DNA of 64,000 nt from Azolla caroliniana (GCA_043228905.1 JBHGNT010000017.1:1178001-1242000), one strand, 5' to 3'; shown: positions 50,610-64,000, numbered from the stretch's first letter. The notes: generated by a model not told the origin, from the sequence alone. Made by a program: numbers and translations.

Positions 50610-53600
50610 TGTTGAGCGGCAAGCTCAACCGGATCCGGATCGGCTGAATAAGCCTATGCCGGATCGGCATCCGGAAGGATGAGCCAAATCGGTGAGCCGG
50701 TGAGCAAGTGAGCTAGTGAGCTGGGGAGCCGGTTAGCCGAATCCAGTAACCGGAAGCCTAGTAGCAGTCTAGACTACTAGGAAGTTAATGTCTCATAGTT
50801 AGTGACAGGCGCCTGTGTGAGCATTGAAGTACACCATACTTCTGTCAGTCCGTATGGACTTGTATAAAAGTGTTCACTAGAGACATACGATGTACAGATT
50901 GAGTATTATTTTTTAATAGAGTTTCTGTGTACTCTTTGTCTCTCCCGCGTACTGTGTATTCTAAGCTCTCCATTAAACCTGCGTTTCTGTTTTCGGTTTT
51001 TGGTTTTCTATTGCTTCCGCACAACGTATTCTTTCGCATGGTATCAGAGCGCGAGGGTTGAGAACCTCTCCAACTGACATAGCTTGAAAAGAAAACCAAC
51101 CAAGAAGAACAAGAAAAACAAAATGGATAGAGGCATGGCTAGCTCGCATCCTACCGAGAAGCTCAACAGAAACAACTACACGTCTTGGTCCTACAAGATG
51201 CACCAGTACTTGCACGGGCACGGTTACTGGAGCTATGTCGACGGAGCAAATGACACAGCACCCAAATCGACACACAAAGATTTCCCGATGTGGGGACAAT
51301 CGGCGAGCAGAGTATTGTACCGTTTCGCGTCTTGTGTGGGCGAACAGCTTCTGAGCTATATTCGGGATGCGAAAACGCCAAAGGATGCTTGGGGAAATCT
51401 GAAGAATATTTTCGCCTCAAGCACCACAGCCAGGAAGCTTCAACTCCGACAAGAGTTGAGCAACTTAGACAACACGACTTGTCGGTGGTTGATTACACCT
51501 CGAAGATCAAAGAGATATGTGACTCCTTAGCCTCTATTGATGTCAACGTCAAGGAAGGCGAGATGGTGCAGATCTGTCTCGGGGGACTGGCGTCGAACTG
51601 CTATGTGTACATAGGAGAATACGCCGCCATTTTTGGACTTACAGTTGATGCTCCTTATAGAGGAGAAACACGCAAGTGCGTCGACGAGCACGTGTGCCGA
51701 CAACAAGATGTTGTACACGGAGGAAGATAGGCCCTGTGGTCGTGGCGGACGAGGCGAGTCGGTGCGCAATGGAGGCGGCCGACAGGATCAAGGAAGAAGG
51801 CATCGAAGTGATGCCGACAACAGTTCTGGACCCTCCACAAGGAGGGGGGGTCAAGGCGGCGGTGGAGGCCAGCAAGCAAAGGCTGATACAGAATGTTGGT
51901 ACTGTGGTAAAAAGGGCCACAGAGAAAGCGAGTGCTGGAAGAAGCGTGCCGATTTGGACAGATCTAGATCTGGCAAGGCCGGCAGAGAGAACCGGCAATA
52001 CTCGCACTACACAGAAGGATCGGGAGGATCCAAAACCGGAAAAGCTGGTAAAGGGCCAGCCTTGGTGATGAAACACGAGGCTAACTCGATGAAGAAGACC
52101 ACTTCCGAATTGAAGGAAGTGTGGTACATTGATTCCGGTGCGTCGAATCACATGAAGAGCCACAAAGAGTGGTTCCCCTTCTTGGAGAAACCGGAACAAC
52201 CATGAGTTGTCGAAACCGGAGACGACACTCCACACCCAATCGTGCATGTCAGAGAAGTCCCTTTGAGCCACGTCAGACAGAGGGGGAAGCTGATGAACGT
52301 ATTACCCGTTCCGACCATCACGAAGAACCTGATGTCGGTTGGACAGATTGCCGACCAGGGGATGCATGTGCGGTTTACGCACCTCAGGTGCTTCATCGAG
52401 GAAGAGGTCCAGATTATTGCGCAAGGGCGCAAAGACGGGAGGATGTTTATCCTCGACTCTAGTGACGATGGCACCACGATGTTCGCGAAAGGACAAAAAG
52501 TCGAGTCGGATATCGACTTATGGTACAAGCGGATAGGCCACATCAACTATCAACGGCATCAGGACTTGCAATCGAAACATGTGGTGTTCAGATTGCCCAA
52601 AGTTAGTGGCCGGAAGGCACAAATTTGTGAAGCCTACTAGCTAGGAAAGCAACACCGACTTCCTTTCCCTAACGAGCGTAAGCGGAGCCGGAACAAGCTC
52701 GACTTGATACATTCCGATGTATGGGAGCCAACGCAGAACGTTAGTCTTGGCGGGAGTCGATATTTCGTCTCCTTCATCGACGACTATACGCGGCACACGT
52801 GGATCTACCTCATTGAGAAGAAGAGTGAAGTCTTCGATTGTTTCCGGGACCTCAAGAGTTTCGTCGAAAGGGAAACGGGAAGAAAGATCAAGTGTCTGTG
52901 GCCGGATGGCGGAAAAGAGTACTTTTTCGGTCAATTCAACGGGTATCTACAACAGATGGGAATTCAACGCAAATTCAGTTGTAGATATACGCCGGAGCAA
53001 AACAGCGTGGCTGAAAGGAAAAATCGGTTGATTGTGGAAGCGGTGCGGGCAATGCTGGAAGAAAAGAGCTTGCCCAAGTTCTATTGGGCCGAGGCGGTAT
53101 GAACCGCGGTGTACATCCAGAATCGGATCGGAGACGAAGCGTCGGCACATGAGCTGTATTTCGGAAGAAAGCCGAATTTGCGACACTTGAGAGTTTTCGA
53201 TAGCATTGCGTATGTATCATGGTCGGCTATTCGGATGAGCAGAAGGGTTATAAGTGTTATAACCCACGCACCAAACAAGCGCACGTGAGCCGCGACGTTG
53301 TGTTTGATGAGTCCGCGTCCTGGTACTTGCCTCTGACTCCGGACCTCACCTCCAATCCGAGTTCTGACGATGAGGTCAGTGAGGCCGAGATGCCTCCGGA
53401 TGAGCCTGAAATCAGGACCCGCGAAGAGAGTCTGATTTTGTTTCGGTTAAGCGGACCGGATGGACGACTGAGTCAGTTCGACCAGTTCGATGAAGAGACG
53501 GTGAGTAGTGGAGACTCGGTCGTGAATTCCCCGCACAGGAAGCCGAGGAGACGACTTACGCGCAAGGAAAAAGGGAAGAAGAAGGTGTCGGATTACGGCA

Positions 53601-54861
53601 CGGATAGGAACAAGTCGGATCGATGCGAGTCCAACTCCGAGGGAAGTGATGACGGGTCTTTGAGAGCGAAGTCTGCGTCGGCCAAGAAAGCCTCAACTTC
53701 GGCTGATGAGCAATTACGCCGATCTACCCGCCAGAAGAACCCTATTGTACGGTTCAGTTACAACGAGTACATGGCGCATCACTATGTGTACATGACGCGT
53801 GTAGCCGAAGTGCGTGAGCCAGAGAGCTACGCAGAAGCGGCGAAGGACGTGAATTGGCGTGGCGCAATGGAGGAAGGGATGGGCGCATTGGCGGAGAATG
53901 AGACTTAGACCTGGTTGACGTACCGAAAGGTGTGAAGCCGATCAGATGTAGGTGGGTGTACAAGGTCAAGTACAACATTGATGGCTCGGTCAACCGATAC
54001 AAGGCCCGGTTAGTAGCAAAAGGTAATGCGCAACAACACCGCATCGACTACGATGAGACATTTGCGCTGGTCTCGAAGATGACGATCGTCTGTGTTTTGC
54101 TTGCGGTAGTTGCGGCAAAGGGGTGGCACTTACATCAGATGGATGTAAAGAATGCGTTCCTTCAAGGTGAGCTTGAGGAACATGTGAACATGGTACAGCC
54201 CCCCGGATTTCACTCCGGAACGAACACTTCGGCGGTGTGCCGATTGAAGAAGTCCCTTTACGGACTAAAGCAAGCCTCGCGTGCCTAGAACGTTGTCGTG
54301 AAGAAAACCGTCCATAGGCGGAATCGGAGAGAAAGCGCATAAACCGGCTCTTACACGGATGGACGCGTGACTTGCCATTTTGTACACGATTCATAAATGG
54401 ATCGGTGGATGTAAATACTAGGTAGCACACATTTATTAGGGGATTGTGCGTATCTCTGTCAGGAGGGACAGGGAATGAAGGGAATTGACAAGAGGATGGG
54501 GATAAAAGGAGGAGAGGGGATCGCGCGCTAGGGAGGACGAAGTGTTGTTGCAGATCCGAGTGTCGAGCTCTCTCTTCTCCTCCGGTCGTCGGTCTCTGTG
54601 GGTCGGGAGTTCGCCGCCTCCGCTTCGTGGACAGCCCGTGCGCTTCCAGCAAAGGCTCTCCCCCTTTGTTTTGTTTTTGGAGGTCGAGCGAGTGTTGTCT
54701 GTGTGTGTGAGTAGGATCCCTGTGTTGGGTTCATCGCCGCCTTGTCGGTTGTAACCGTCAGAGTCGTATTCTCTTGTTCTTGTAATCTCTTGTTATTGTA
54801 ATCTCTCGTTACTGAAATCGAGTGTTACGTTCCATATCTCGCCTTCTCGCTCCACGTATCT

Positions 54862-54925
<64 letters not shown>

Positions 54926-56514
54926 CTCCTCGGTTCAAGACCCCCGTGGTACCGCCCCTTTCTCCACGCACGCGCGTAACAACGCGACAACACGAAGATC
55001 ACGCAACGATTGCGTCGGATGGGCTTTGCGACGTCAAAATCGGACTCCTCACTGTTCATCCAGAAAGGACGACTCGGGCCGGTTAGCATTTTACTTTATG
55101 TTGATGACTTGGTCATCACCGGTGCCAACCTCGGTGAGATTGACCGCGTGAAGCTCCAGCTTGCGGCATCATTCGACATGAAGGATCTGGGGGACCTTCA
55201 TTACTTCCTCGGGATTGAAGTGATCCGCACCCCCAAAGGCATAGTAATCAGCCAACGGCATTACGTGCTGAGTATGCTCTTCAAATTCGGGATGGCCGAC
55301 TGTAAGTCCGTCTCGACTCCCCTGGATAGAACTGTCAAGCTTCGCCCCAATTCCGGAAAGTTTTGCGACCCGACGAGGTTCCGACAGATAGTCAGAAGCC
55401 TTATATACTTGACCATCACCCGACCAGATCTCAGCTACCCGATCAGGGTTATTAGTCAGTTCATGGCGCGACCGACCGAGGAGCACCTTCAATGCGCACA
55501 ACGCGTACTCCGGTACGTCACTAGCACTAAGGACTCGGGGCTACTATATTAGACCGATAATGCCACGCAGTTGCTCAGTTACACCGATGCTAATTGGGCC
55601 GGAAACGTTGGCGATCGCCGATCCACGTCTAGTTTTGCGTTCTCTCTTGGGAGTGCCTCGATCGCGTGGAGTAGCAAGAAGCAGCCGATAGTTGCGTTGT
55701 TGAGCACCAAAGCCGAGTACAGAGGAGTGGTTGTTGTGACATGAGAAGCCATATGGTTGAAGCGGCTACTTAAGGATCTGCAGGTGGAGGTATATGATCC
55801 AACGACAATGTACTGCGACAACCTTAACAACATCCATCTAGCAAAGAACTCCGTCTTCCACACTTGGACTAAGCACATTGAGGTGCACTACCATTTCATC
55901 TGTGAGCGTGTCCTCTACAGCAGAAGAGGCGCCAACACCGCAACATCAAGGAAGCTGAGAAGGGCCGTGTAAGCAAACTAGCCGACCGGAAGGGTCTAGG
56001 TGTGCGGAATCGGACAGGTCAAAGAACGCGAGCAAGGCGTGAAGCCAGAAGGAACCGGAGCGTGGATCCGGCGGAGCACGTGGAATCTCAAGTTGAGCTT
56101 GAGGGGGAGTGTTGAGAGACAAGCTAAACATCAGTGCGTAATACGAAGCGTAACCCAGTGCATAGACTGGGTGCGTAAATCGGTACGCATAACATGGTCG
56201 TATTGGTGTGAAAACCGCGAGGCCGTTGGGAAGATATTCCTCGTAAGGAATAACTTTGGGAGTTAGTGTAGTAGGCTCATTTATGAGTGGTCAAGTACTG
56301 TCAATACTTGTGTCAACCCTATTGTCAGGGCTTGTATAAAAGGTGCTCACTGAGCATGGTGTATGTACAGATTGAGTATTATTTTGAATTTAGTTTTCTG
56401 TGTGCTCTCTCTCTCTCTGTGTATCTCCCGCGTATTGTGTATTCTAAGCTCTCCATTAAATATGTGTTTCTATTTTCGGTTTTCTATTGCTTCCACACAA
56501 CGTATTCTTTCACA
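50610..56514 (+). mobile_element. Ty1/copia C4, decayed, probably chimeric
   Basis: LTRs 50610-51038 and 56110-56514; PBS TGGTATCAGAGC 51039-51050; PPT 56101-56109; gag-PR-IN-RT-RH fragments 51123-55915; flanks TTAAA/GCTCC do not match. Confidence 0.9.
54294..54989 (+). mobile_element. Solo LTR of the Trp family in C4 RT
   Basis: TGTCGTGAAG...CGCGACA; TSD ACGT/ACAC. Confidence 0.9.
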
Positions 56515-57021
56515 GCTCCTGACAATTTGTGGGAACCGTGTCGGGTTGCACGCCTCTCCCGAATCTCGGCGAAGCTTCACGTTTTTGTCCAGAGGGATTA
56601 AGATGGACTTACAATCCATCATCCCAAACTTGAAGAGCATATTCAACACATAATGGTGTTGGCTGATCAATATGCCTTCTGTCATGGACACACCAAGCGC
56701 GGACTAGGACGGAGCACAGATAATGGGGCTATGAGCGATGGATGAACTTGGAGCTAGATGTGATGAGGCTAGGAACTCTAGATGTTGTGAGTGACATGAG
56801 GGCATGAAGACAAAAATAAAGATAAAGGAGACAAAGATGAGGCAAAACGAGAATACTAGATTGATGTGTTAATGACTGGTGATGAATCCCTTGAAAGGGA
56901 CCAAGGATGTTACAAGTGTTTATACAATTTCTGAGATTGAATATCTCTAGAATATACTCGAGAAATATCCACAGAAGATGAGCGACCATGCGGCCCTCAC
57001 CAAGAACTGGAACAGGAACGT

Positions 57022-57832
57022 TGTCGTGTTGTCATGCTCTTGCATAGGAAACCAGGGCAGGACCGCAGGGGCCCTGGACTAAGAAATACCCGAAACAGAG
57101 GGAGGAGCAAGGCGAAACAATGGGCCGGCAAGTACCAGCTACCGGCAAGTAGGTACGTAGTGCTCACTGGGTGAGCAATCCTCGACTCGTGCTTGTCGAT
57201 TCAACGACAACCGCGGTAGCGTATGAAGAACAACTAGTAACACACTCTCGTCTGATTTCGTGCCAACAATGGGCCGAGACACACACACACACACACAAAT
57301 ACGCAAAGGACTCACAAGCAAGGAATCGATTTAAGACAACTAAACGAATACAATGCTCTTCGAGATTACAACCGGCAAGTCAGTGAGCGACCACGCGCAA
57401 AAACCCACACACACACACACACACACAGCATGCAGTGGAGCCTCTGCCAAAGCGCACGGGCTTCTCCCTCGAGTAGAAGCAATCGACCAAAACCTACAAA
57501 GCTCAATGAAGAAAATGAGAAGAGTGATTGGTTCCCAATCCGATAGCACTTCGTCCTCCCAAACATGATAGATGTTTCAAACATCTCCCCTTTTCTTTTA
57601 TAGGCCACTAAGGAGGGCTGTCACATCTTGAATACATCATCTTTATTCTCTGTCCCTTCGGACAGAGATACGCATCGATTTCCTAGCTAATAAATGTGTA
57701 CTACCTAGTATATTTACATCAGCCGACCTATTCCGAATTATGTACATCTTATCAATACTTGTGCCCGCGCATAAGGGCCTGTTCATGCGTCTTATACATT
57801 GATTCCTCCTAAGGCCGATTTTCTTCACGACA
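57022..57832 (-). mobile_element. Solo LTR of the Trp family
   Basis: Ends TTCTTCACGACA; perfect TSD ACGT at 57018-57021 and 57833-57836. Confidence 0.88.
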
Positions 57833-57836
57833 ACGT

Positions 57837-60800
57837 TGTCACAGTATTCCGCGGGTATGTGTAGGATCTTAGGCGGAACCACGGGGGTCTTGGACTAGGG
57901 AGACGGATGGTGGAGTCCTTAAGCTTTGTAGGCTTCAATCCAGAATCGGCTTCCAACTCCAATGAATGTAGGGTTTCACAAAAAGATGGTTCACCGCGAA
58001 TATGGACCCGATTCAAATATGTTACAAGGAAGATAGATATACACTAACATGAATATATATTACAAGAGCTTTACAACAAGAAATTTACATGCCCCGAATC
58101 CGGTGCCTATTACAAAACAACCGGCAAATACATCAAGATAAGAATGGGGAGGGCCGGTGAAGGCGAGTCAAGTGGGCCGCCAAGACTGCGACGTCCATCG
58201 TTGGTCACACCCCGAAGACGATGGAGTGTTCCCATGCCACTTCGCCCTCCCTTCTCGAACCGGCCACCATGCAAAACGCTCTCCATCGAGGAGAGGAAAC
58301 CGAACTCCAAGTGCCGCCGCCAAAATGCCGAAGAGCCGTTGTTGTAGAAACCCCAAACCAAAACACTAACTCGACCAAGAAGGAGGTAAACCCAAAACCC
58401 CAAGCTTATGAAACCTAGATCACATAAAGAACGAGACGGAGTACTAAATCTCCACTCAAGAAGAAGGAATCAAAACCCATAAGACAAAGAAGAAGAAAGA
58501 CCCCAAAATGAAAGCCTAAACAAAATAGGGAGAAAGACCAAAGTAGAAACCCTAAGAATAAGATGAAGAGGAAGAACATTACTAAACCCTAGACCTAAGC
58601 GGTATACCCTCCTAACTCAAAATGGGCAACCCCTTTTACAAGGGATCCTCTATCCCGACTTGACTCCTACTCGGCGCCATAAAGGCACCCCTATTATTCA
58701 CACGTTTTTACAAGGATAAGTGCATGTCATGATGCACTCCGCCGATTCTTCCGATATTCCCCGGTTTCTCACGACATCTGCCCCCACTAAACCGCATGTC
58801 CACCGGTACGTGTCAAGTTCGGAGAAGGGTGAGAGATTCTGGCCGGTGAGGAACTGGTCTTCCATAATCCGCATTCCGGCTGCACGTTGGCGTCGCCAGT
58901 CCGAACCGTCAGCTCTAGTTCCTTCTACGTGTTTGCCTCCCCGTAGGCTTGTTCGACCCGTCGATAGGTCATTCTCCGCGATCCCGTAGTGTGCATGCAT
59001 CCCCGTTGGCCCTTCTTTCGCCCGCATGCACGCTTCTCATTTCTTTGGTTACGCGGTGTCCTCCATCCAAGAAGTACTCGTAATGGCCCGCTTGGCCTCT
59101 GTCGACCTTCGCGTCGTCCCGATTCTCGTTCCGCGCTGATCTCCACTGCCTTCGTCCCCTCGCTGCCACCTACCTTCTCCTTGGTATTACGTTGCCACGG
59201 CAACCGAACTACCAAGGTCTTCGGAACTAGTGTGGAGGATCCCTCTCCAACCTTCTACACTAGATCACCTAAACCGGCAACCCATCTTCGTGCCTGTATT
59301 CCCGCTCTAGCACTTCCGTGTGCCACGCATCCCCTTCTTGTATTCGGCACCACCTGTGCCGAACTCCGGTTACTTCCCATGCATGCATCGTCAGCCCTCG
59401 CCTGGCCAGATCGTGCATCGCCGCTTCTCCGCATACCGGTGTCCTCCGCATCCGAGGAACACCTCGTAGTAGCCTGCTTGGCCACTTTCGTCTTGCGCTG
59501 CTGCCATCGGTTCGGAGCCTTCCGCTTGGTGTCGTCCCCTCGCCCCCACCAGCTTGTTACCTCAGGTTTCGCTTGCCACACGAGTCATTGCCCTCCATTA
59601 CCCTCAGTCTCACGTTGTCCCCTTGCCGCCACCTTCCATTACCCTCGTTCTCACGTTGCCGCGTCGGCCGAACGGCCGGGGTCTCCAGACATGTGTGAAG
59701 GATCCTTCTTGGGCCTCCTATTTGTTGGGTCACCAACTCGTGTACCGAGCACGTCCAATCTTTGTCTTGCTGACTCTACCGATCGGGTCCGTATCCGGTT
59801 TGTGGCCGCGTCGCCGGCCTAATACCTCTTTCCGCTCTTTCGGCCCTTGCCTTGTCGGATCCCGTTCACCTGCCGCCACCGTCCATCTCTCTAGGTCTCA
59901 CGCCAGCTCTCGGCCGACTGCTAGAGTCTTCAGATCGGTGTGAGGATCGGCGTAGGATCGCCCATCTGCTACCTTTGCCCTCGTCCCCTTGTCGCCACCG
60001 TCAGTCTCTTCGTCTTGCGTCGGCTCCGCTGCCGACTGCCGAAGTCTCTAGATCCGGTGTGAAGGATCCTCCTTGGTCCCCCCGTCTTTCCCAACCCTTC
60101 CCCGGGTCATCCTTCTCCGCAAGTCGAGAGGGTGGCTCGCTCCACACCCTCTCCCATGGTACCAATGTACCGTGTTCCAGCCTCCCTGTAGGCCTGCTTC
60201 ATCCTCCCTTCCAGATCGGTTATCCGGAAGTCTGCTCCGCTTGGTTCTCGTCCGGGTCCATCTGTCACTCCGCATTGGCGGGTCCCGTTCTCCTGCCGCC
60301 ACCGTCAGTAACTTGGTCTTACGTTGGATCCAATGCCGACCGCAGAAGTCCCTAGCCCGGTGTGAGGTGACCCATAGGACCGGTCTTCATTCTTCGCTTC
60401 CAGATTGGTTGTATTGGCCGTAACCTCCGCGTCCTCGTCGCGTATGCCCTCCGATTAGGACCCCGGTCACTCCGGTTGTACGCTGGATTCCGCCCTTCGC
60501 GTGCCGTGTGTGTTCCATCTCCGGCTTGATAGTCTCCTCGTCCCGAACACCTCACGCCAACTCCTTCCGGGCGCATGCTTGTTTCTTAGCCCTTCACCGG
60601 TCGTAATGCGTGCTTCATATTTCATGCTCACCGACTCTCTCCACATTACCGCCACCGACCCCTCCGTCGGTCCCTTTGTATATACCCGTTCCAAGCCTCG
60701 CATCCTCCTCTTCGTCGTTTCGGTTGCCCGCCTTGCAACCGCCACCGTCCGTCACTCTAGGTCTCACGTCGGCTCTCGGGTTGGACGCTAGAGTCTCTAG

Positions 60801-62476
60801 AACCAGTGTGGATAAGGTCCCGGCACCGCGGCTTGCCTCCCCCCCTCTTGATGTTTCGGGCAACCGTGCCCCGAATCCTCCGCCCACTCTCGAAGTGGCT
60901 CTTCCCGTTCCATAGTCACCGGCCTCATCCATGACCGTCCCCTTTCCGCTAGACGAGAGGGTCGCTAGCTCCGCACCCTCTCCCACGTCATCGTCGCATG
61001 CTCTTCCGGCCTCCACTTAGGCCCCGTCCTTCACGTGTAAGGAGGTGTATTCCTCCGCAAGTTGAAAAGGTGACTTGTTCCACACCTTCCCCGTAATGGC
61101 ACCATCGTACCGAACCCGAACACCTACACGGCCTCATCATTATTCTGCATCCATCGAGAAGGCGGCTTCCTTCTCGACCTCTATTTGACTCTCAACCGGA
61201 GCATCATGGGCTTTAAAATTTTTGGGACCCCGTCCCCACTCCAATGGTCGACTTCTTCGACCACACTCTCAACGGCTTCCAAACCATTTCTTGTCCACCC
61301 TTCTTCCGTGTATGTTCATCATCGCCTTCAACATTGCCTTCACCACGAAGCCTTCTTCATCCACCTCCATTCTCCCTTGCCGCCTTTCACGTCGGGTTCA
61401 CCAAAGATGTCGCGGTATTCCGTGGGTACGTGTCGGATCTTAGGCGGGACCGTGGGGGCTTGGACTAGGGAGACGGATGGTGGAGTCCTTAAGCTTTGTA
61501 GGCTTCGGTCCAGAATTGGCTTCCGACTCCAACAAATGTAGGGTTTCACAAAAACACGGTTCACCGCGAATATGGACCTGATTCAAATATGTTACAAGGA
61601 AGATAGATATACGCTAACATGAATATATATTACAAGAGCTTTACAACAAGACATTTACATGCCCCGAACCCGGTGGCTATTACAAAACAACCGGCAAATA
61701 CATCAAGATAAGAATGGGGAGGGCCAGTGAAGGCGAGTCAAGTGGGCCGCCGGGACCACGACGTCCATCGTTGGTCATGCCCCAAAGACAATGGAGTGTT
61801 CCCGTGCCACTTCGCCCTCCCTTCTCGAACCGGCCACCATGCGAAACGCTCTCCATCAAGGAGAGGAAACCAAACCTCCAAGTGCCGCCGCCAGAATGCC
61901 AAAGAGTCGTTGTTGTAGAAACCACAAACCAAAACACTAACTCGACCAAGGAGGTAAACCCAAAACCTCAAGCTTATGAAACCTAGATCACATAAAGAAA
62001 CTCGAAACCCTAAATCCCCATAATCTCTCACAAGATGAAGAACGAGACAAAGTACTAAACCTCCACTCAAGAAGAAGGAATCAAAAGCCATAAGACAAAT
62101 AAGAAGAAGAAAGACCCAAAACTGAAAGCCTAAACAAAATAGGGAGAAAGACCAAAGTAGAAACCCTAAGAATAAGATGAAGAGGAAGAACACCACCAAA
62201 CCCTAGACCTAAGCGGTATACCCTCCTAACTCAAAATGGGTAACCCCTTTTACAAGGGATCCTCCCTTCCTTTTATAGCACAAGGAGGGAGGTGTGTAAC
62301 AATGTGGGATAAATCCCGATTTACATGGGATTCTCTGTCCCGACTTGACTCCTACTCGGCGCCATAAAGTCACCCCTATTATTCACACTTTTTACAAGGA
62401 TAAATGCACATGATGCACTCCGCCGATTCTTCCGATATTCCTCGATTTCTCACTATGGCCCGGAATCTTCACAACA
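57837..62476 (-). mobile_element. Non-autonomous element N3 (tRNA-Trp PBS), decayed internal region
   Basis: LTRs 61408-62476 and 57837-58776; PBS 61386-61403; PPT 58777-58787; TSD ACGT/ATGT; no pol motifs. Confidence 0.88.
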
Positions 62477-62520
62477 ATGTGTGCAACCATGTGTAGTCCT
62501 GATCGAAAGCACGAACAGGC

Positions 62521-62680
62521 GTGAGCGACCATGCGACCCTCACTGAGAACTGGAACACGAACGGACGTGAGTGACCATGTGGCCCTCACCAAGAACTAAA
62601 CACGAACGGGCGTGAGCAACCATGCGGCCCTCACTGAGAACTGAACACGAACGGACGTGAGCGACCATGTGGCCCTCATG
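62521..62680 (+). repeat. 45-46-bp tandem repeat (about 3.5 copies; another at 56979-57017) inside T1
   Basis: GTGAGCGACCATG..CCCTCAC..AGAACT units at 62521, 62567, 62612 and 62657. Confidence 0.85.
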
Positions 62681-64000
62681 CCCACTAGGAAAGTGAGTGG
62701 TTGTGACCCCAACCGAAACTGGGAATGTGAGCAATCGAAAACACTCCTCACCAAAACCGTGATGCAAAATGATACCTAAAAATGAGGACAAGTAGTGTGG
62801 ATAACGATGATGGTTGGGCGAAGAGTTGTTGAAAATGATGACGTCAAAGACAAGGATGTTGATGACAGTAACTCTGGAAGCAAGGACGATGATGATGCTA
62901 ACTCTAGAAGCAAAGGCGATGACGAAGACAGGTGGTGCTCCCAATTGGAAGGGATTCAAACTGTCATGGACACACCAAGCGCGGACTAGCATGGAGCACA
63001 ATGATGGGGCTATGAGCGACGGATGAACTTGGAGCTAGATGTGACGAGGCTAGGAACTCTAGATGTTGTGAACAACATGAGGGCATGAAGACAAAAATAA
63101 AGATCAAGGAGACAAAGATGAGGCGAAACGAGAATACTAGATTGATGTGTCAATGACTAGTGTTGAATCCCGTGAAAGGGACCAAGGATGTTACAAGTGT
63201 TTATACAATTTCCAAGATTGAATATCTCTAGAATATTCGAGAAATATCTCGAGAATATACCCCAGAATAATTCTAGAATATACTAATGACTAGAATATTC
63301 TCGAATGTACTATACATTAGACTCTACAACATATACAAGTTCACAATTGAATGTAGATAGTTCACAAGAGTTTCCATATGGTTAACACAACACAATGTAT
63401 TGTGTGTGTTAAAAGTTAGATGTTCAAGTCTAGAATGTGACAGCTTCGGACATTCAGATCACTTTGATCCCGAGGAAGTAATGAAGGTCCCCCATATCCT
63501 TCATCTCGAATGATGCCACAAGCCGACACTTTACTCGGTTGATTTCTCCGAGGTCGGCATTGGCGATGACTATATCATCGACATATAGTAGAGGGCTAAT
63601 CGGTCCAGTCCGACTCGATCGAATGAACAATGAAGAGTCCGATTTTGATGGAGGAAACCCCATCTTACGCAACCTTTGCGTGATCTTCGCGTTCTAGGCA
63701 CACGTGGCTTGCTTCAGTCCATACAACAACTTCTTCAATCGGAAAACTATCGAGGTGTTTCGTTCGGATAGAAATCTGGGGTGTTGTACCATGTACACCT
63801 GTTTCCTCAACATCGCCTTGTAGGAATGCATTATTTTCATCCATTTGATGTAAGTGCCACCCCTTTGCCGCTGCCACCACCGGCAATACACGGGCAATTG
63901 TCATCTTCGCGACTGACACGAAGGTCTCATCGTAATCGATGCCGTGTTGTTGCATGTAATCCTTCACCACTAACCATGTCGTATATCAGTTGACCGAGTC

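Larger units (their letters stand above)
56680..63442 (-). mobile_element. Non-autonomous or deleted Tcn1-like (self-priming) LTR element T1
   Basis: LTR 62962-63442 and truncated copy 56680-56975; TSD CCTTC/GCTTC; PBS complementary to its own predicted transcript start; CTAGAATAT repeats. Confidence 0.72.
56515..64000 (-). mobile_element. Ty1/copia C5 RT remnants (56515-56679 and 63443-64000), host of T1
   Basis: HQMDENNAFLQG, YVDDIV, MKDMGDLHYFLG; frame continues across T1. Confidence 0.85.

Noticed and set aside
58989-61016. Several 100-280-aa ORFs inside N3
   Set aside because: GC-rich degenerate repeats, ORFs on both strands, no recognisable domains.

Overview
The whole 64 kb is a gene-free, deeply nested LTR-retrotransposon cluster from a land plant. 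Plant-type tRNA primer sites, a TTTAGGG filler, CG/CHG deamination and a Tcn1-like LTR suggest a bryophyte such as a moss (inference). I resolved the nest by reading LTR ends, PBS/PPT motifs and TSDs. It holds: (i) a dominant Ty3/gypsy family primed by tRNA-Trp, with four decayed gag-pol copies, two non-autonomous derivatives and four solo LTRs, which makes 4-bp CpG-centred TSDs and has a conserved -1 frameshift signal between Gag-PR and RT; (ii) a non-chromovirus gypsy element at 2300-12454 with a large extra 3' ORF, and a small non-autonomous relative at 30574-33748; (iii) five Ty1/copia elements or fragments, one intact with near-identical LTRs (23923-29405); (iv) a self-primed Tcn1-like derivative; (v) small oddities: an 84-bp hairpin insert, a telomeric filler, a KCS gene fragment, and tRNA-like Pol III modules inside LTRs. 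The most striking observation is in group (ii). Both elements lack a polypurine tract and instead carry, just before the 3' LTR, a conserved copy of a tRNA-Arg 3' end including CCA. Each LTR is therefore flanked internally by an inward-facing tRNA primer-binding site, a candidate dual-tRNA-primed replication system. Coordinates were counted by hand. tRNA matches are from recalled plant tRNA sequences and need database confirmation.
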